Made by a program: the position numbers and the translations under genes. 32,000 nt of DNA, taken from positions 1-32,000 of the forward strand of contig ACYB01000027.1 in NCBI GenBank assembly GCA_000175855.1, read 5' to 3'. Source of the stretch: Raphidiopsis brookii D9 (lineage in GTDB: Bacteria > Cyanobacteriota > Cyanobacteriia > Cyanobacteriales > Nostocaceae). The notes under the pieces are model-generated. The model had not been told where the DNA came from. It was given only the letters and a program-made list of their open reading frames with translations, and did no database searches. Shown here one piece after another: positions 30,894 to 32,000 of this stretch. Numbering within the stretch: position 1 is the first letter of the stretch; every line of letters begins with the position of its first letter.

Positions 30894-32000
30894 TTACTTA
30901 ATCCCATTTGGACTGAAAAAAGCTAGATTGGATTGATTGACTGTTGGCACTAAAACCCCCCTATCTAAATACTTATTCCCCCTTTCACAAGATGTTTCAG
31001 GACTGAATAAACAAGCATGACAAGCAGCCCAATGCAAAGAAGTCATACCCTGAAATGGTGTGTGTTCTGCACATAAAGGATCGGATGTACATAATTCCAT
31101 TTGCTGTAAAGCTTGGCGAATATGATAACTTAACTTCTCAGGAACGCCCAAACTGACTAATCCGCCCAAAGTTCCTTCACTGTCTGGTGATGCCGTATAA
31201 ATTAATATACCCGCCATCGGACCTTCTTCTTCTTCTGGACGTTTAGAGTAAATTCTTTCTTTTAAACTAGCTGCATTATATCCACATTCTACAGACATTT
31301 GTCGCATTAGGGCATGAGCAAAAGAGTGTAACAAAATATATCTTACATCGGAAAATTTGACTTTTGTAGGATCAAGGCTACGCACTTTACACCACTGTTG
31401 ATGAGCTTCTACGATTTCATTTTGGTAATCTTGCAATGGTTGACTTTTTTCCCATTGATTTAATTTTGCTTCATTAAATTCTATGAATATACCTTCTCCT
31501 TTACATTCAGTTGCTATTACCCATTTTGGCTGATTACGACTTAGTTTTACTTTACATTCCTGGGGGATTTCACCAAAATCTAGAAATTCTCCCGGTGATT
31601 GAATACGTGTAAACCCAATCAATGCACAAACTTCTCGTAATCTTTCAGCCAAGATAATTTGTGCAAAGTAGTCCCGATAATCTATGGGCAATTCAACTTT
31701 TCTTAGGTGGAAATCGGATGTATTTAATCCAGGGTCACATTGACGAATTACTTGCCATTCTGGAGTTTTTAAGTCTGTGGCTTTATGACTATCGGGAACA
31801 TCCAATGTTTGACTTTGTATTTGATTTTTCATTGCCGAGATTATTTCCCAGACTTTTTCTGTACTATATTTTGATAATTCTTGTAATAGTTCAGGGAAGC
31901 TACCTATGGCTCGTAGTAGTTCTAAATTACTTTTTAAACTTATAAGGTCAGTAGCCTTATTTAAAATATGCCAGTTTTGCGAAATTATTTGCGATAGTAA
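30894..32000 (-). CDS. DUF1998 / DrmB-like protein, C-terminal part; the 5' end lies beyond the window
   Basis: 'LLHSFAHALMRQMSVECGYNAASLKERIYSKRPEEEEGPMAGILIYTASPDSEGTLGGLVSLG' and cysteines 'C...C...WAACHACLFSPETSC'. The frame upstream of the track Met (31832) stays open to the edge (...ISQNWHILNKATDLISLKSNLELLRAIGSFPELLQELSKYSTEKVWEIISAMKNQ). Confidence 0.8.
   Translation of the reverse strand, partial: LLSQIISQNWHILNKATDLISLKSNLELLRAIGSFPELLQELSKYSTEKVWEIISAMKNQIQSQTLDVPDSHKATDLKTPEWQVIRQCDPGLNTSDFHLRKVELPIDYRDYFAQIILAERLREVCALIGFTRIQSPGEFLDFGEIPQECKVKLSRNQPKWVIATECKGEGIFIEFNEAKLNQWEKSQPLQDYQNEIVEAHQQWCKVRSLDPTKVKFSDVRYILLHSFAHALMRQMSVECGYNAASLKERIYSKRPEEEEGPMAGILIYTASPDSEGTLGGLVSLGVPEKLSYHIRQALQQMELCTSDPLCAEHTPFQGMTSLHWAACHACLFSPETSCERGNKYLDRGVLVPTVNQSNLAFFSPNGIK

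Overview
This is a cyanobacterial chromosomal window, probably Nostocales and Raphidiopsis/Cylindrospermopsis-like by gene content (an inference). HIP1 (GCGATCGC) sites are dense and the coding content is mostly core: tldD, murG, psrp-3/ycf65, atpD-atpC, exbB/exbD, sppA, aroH, HU, a cobD-like aminotransferase, rpoD/sigA, gyrB and miaA. Defence or accessory content sits at both ends. On the left (1-7005) are a DUF3782-like coiled-coil/nuclease ORF, a 1413-aa PLD + IPT/TIG-like + SNF2 helicase fusion, and two ORFs that look like the N- and C-terminal ends of one type ISP/IIG methyltransferase whose catalytic core is missing. On the right (30894 to the window edge) is a DUF1998/DrmB-like ORF that stays open past the edge. 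The clearest structural finding is a 153-aa endonuclease-less mini-intein in GyrB (28006..28464, minus strand), between EGDSAGG and SAKQGRD. Reading alternative frames suggests indel-type frameshifts in four ORFs (window left edge, GH13 amylase N-terminus, 13389-13827, 15342-16132). Most lie in short homopolymers, so they are either decaying genes or sequencing errors. All family assignments come from motif reading; no database search was run.
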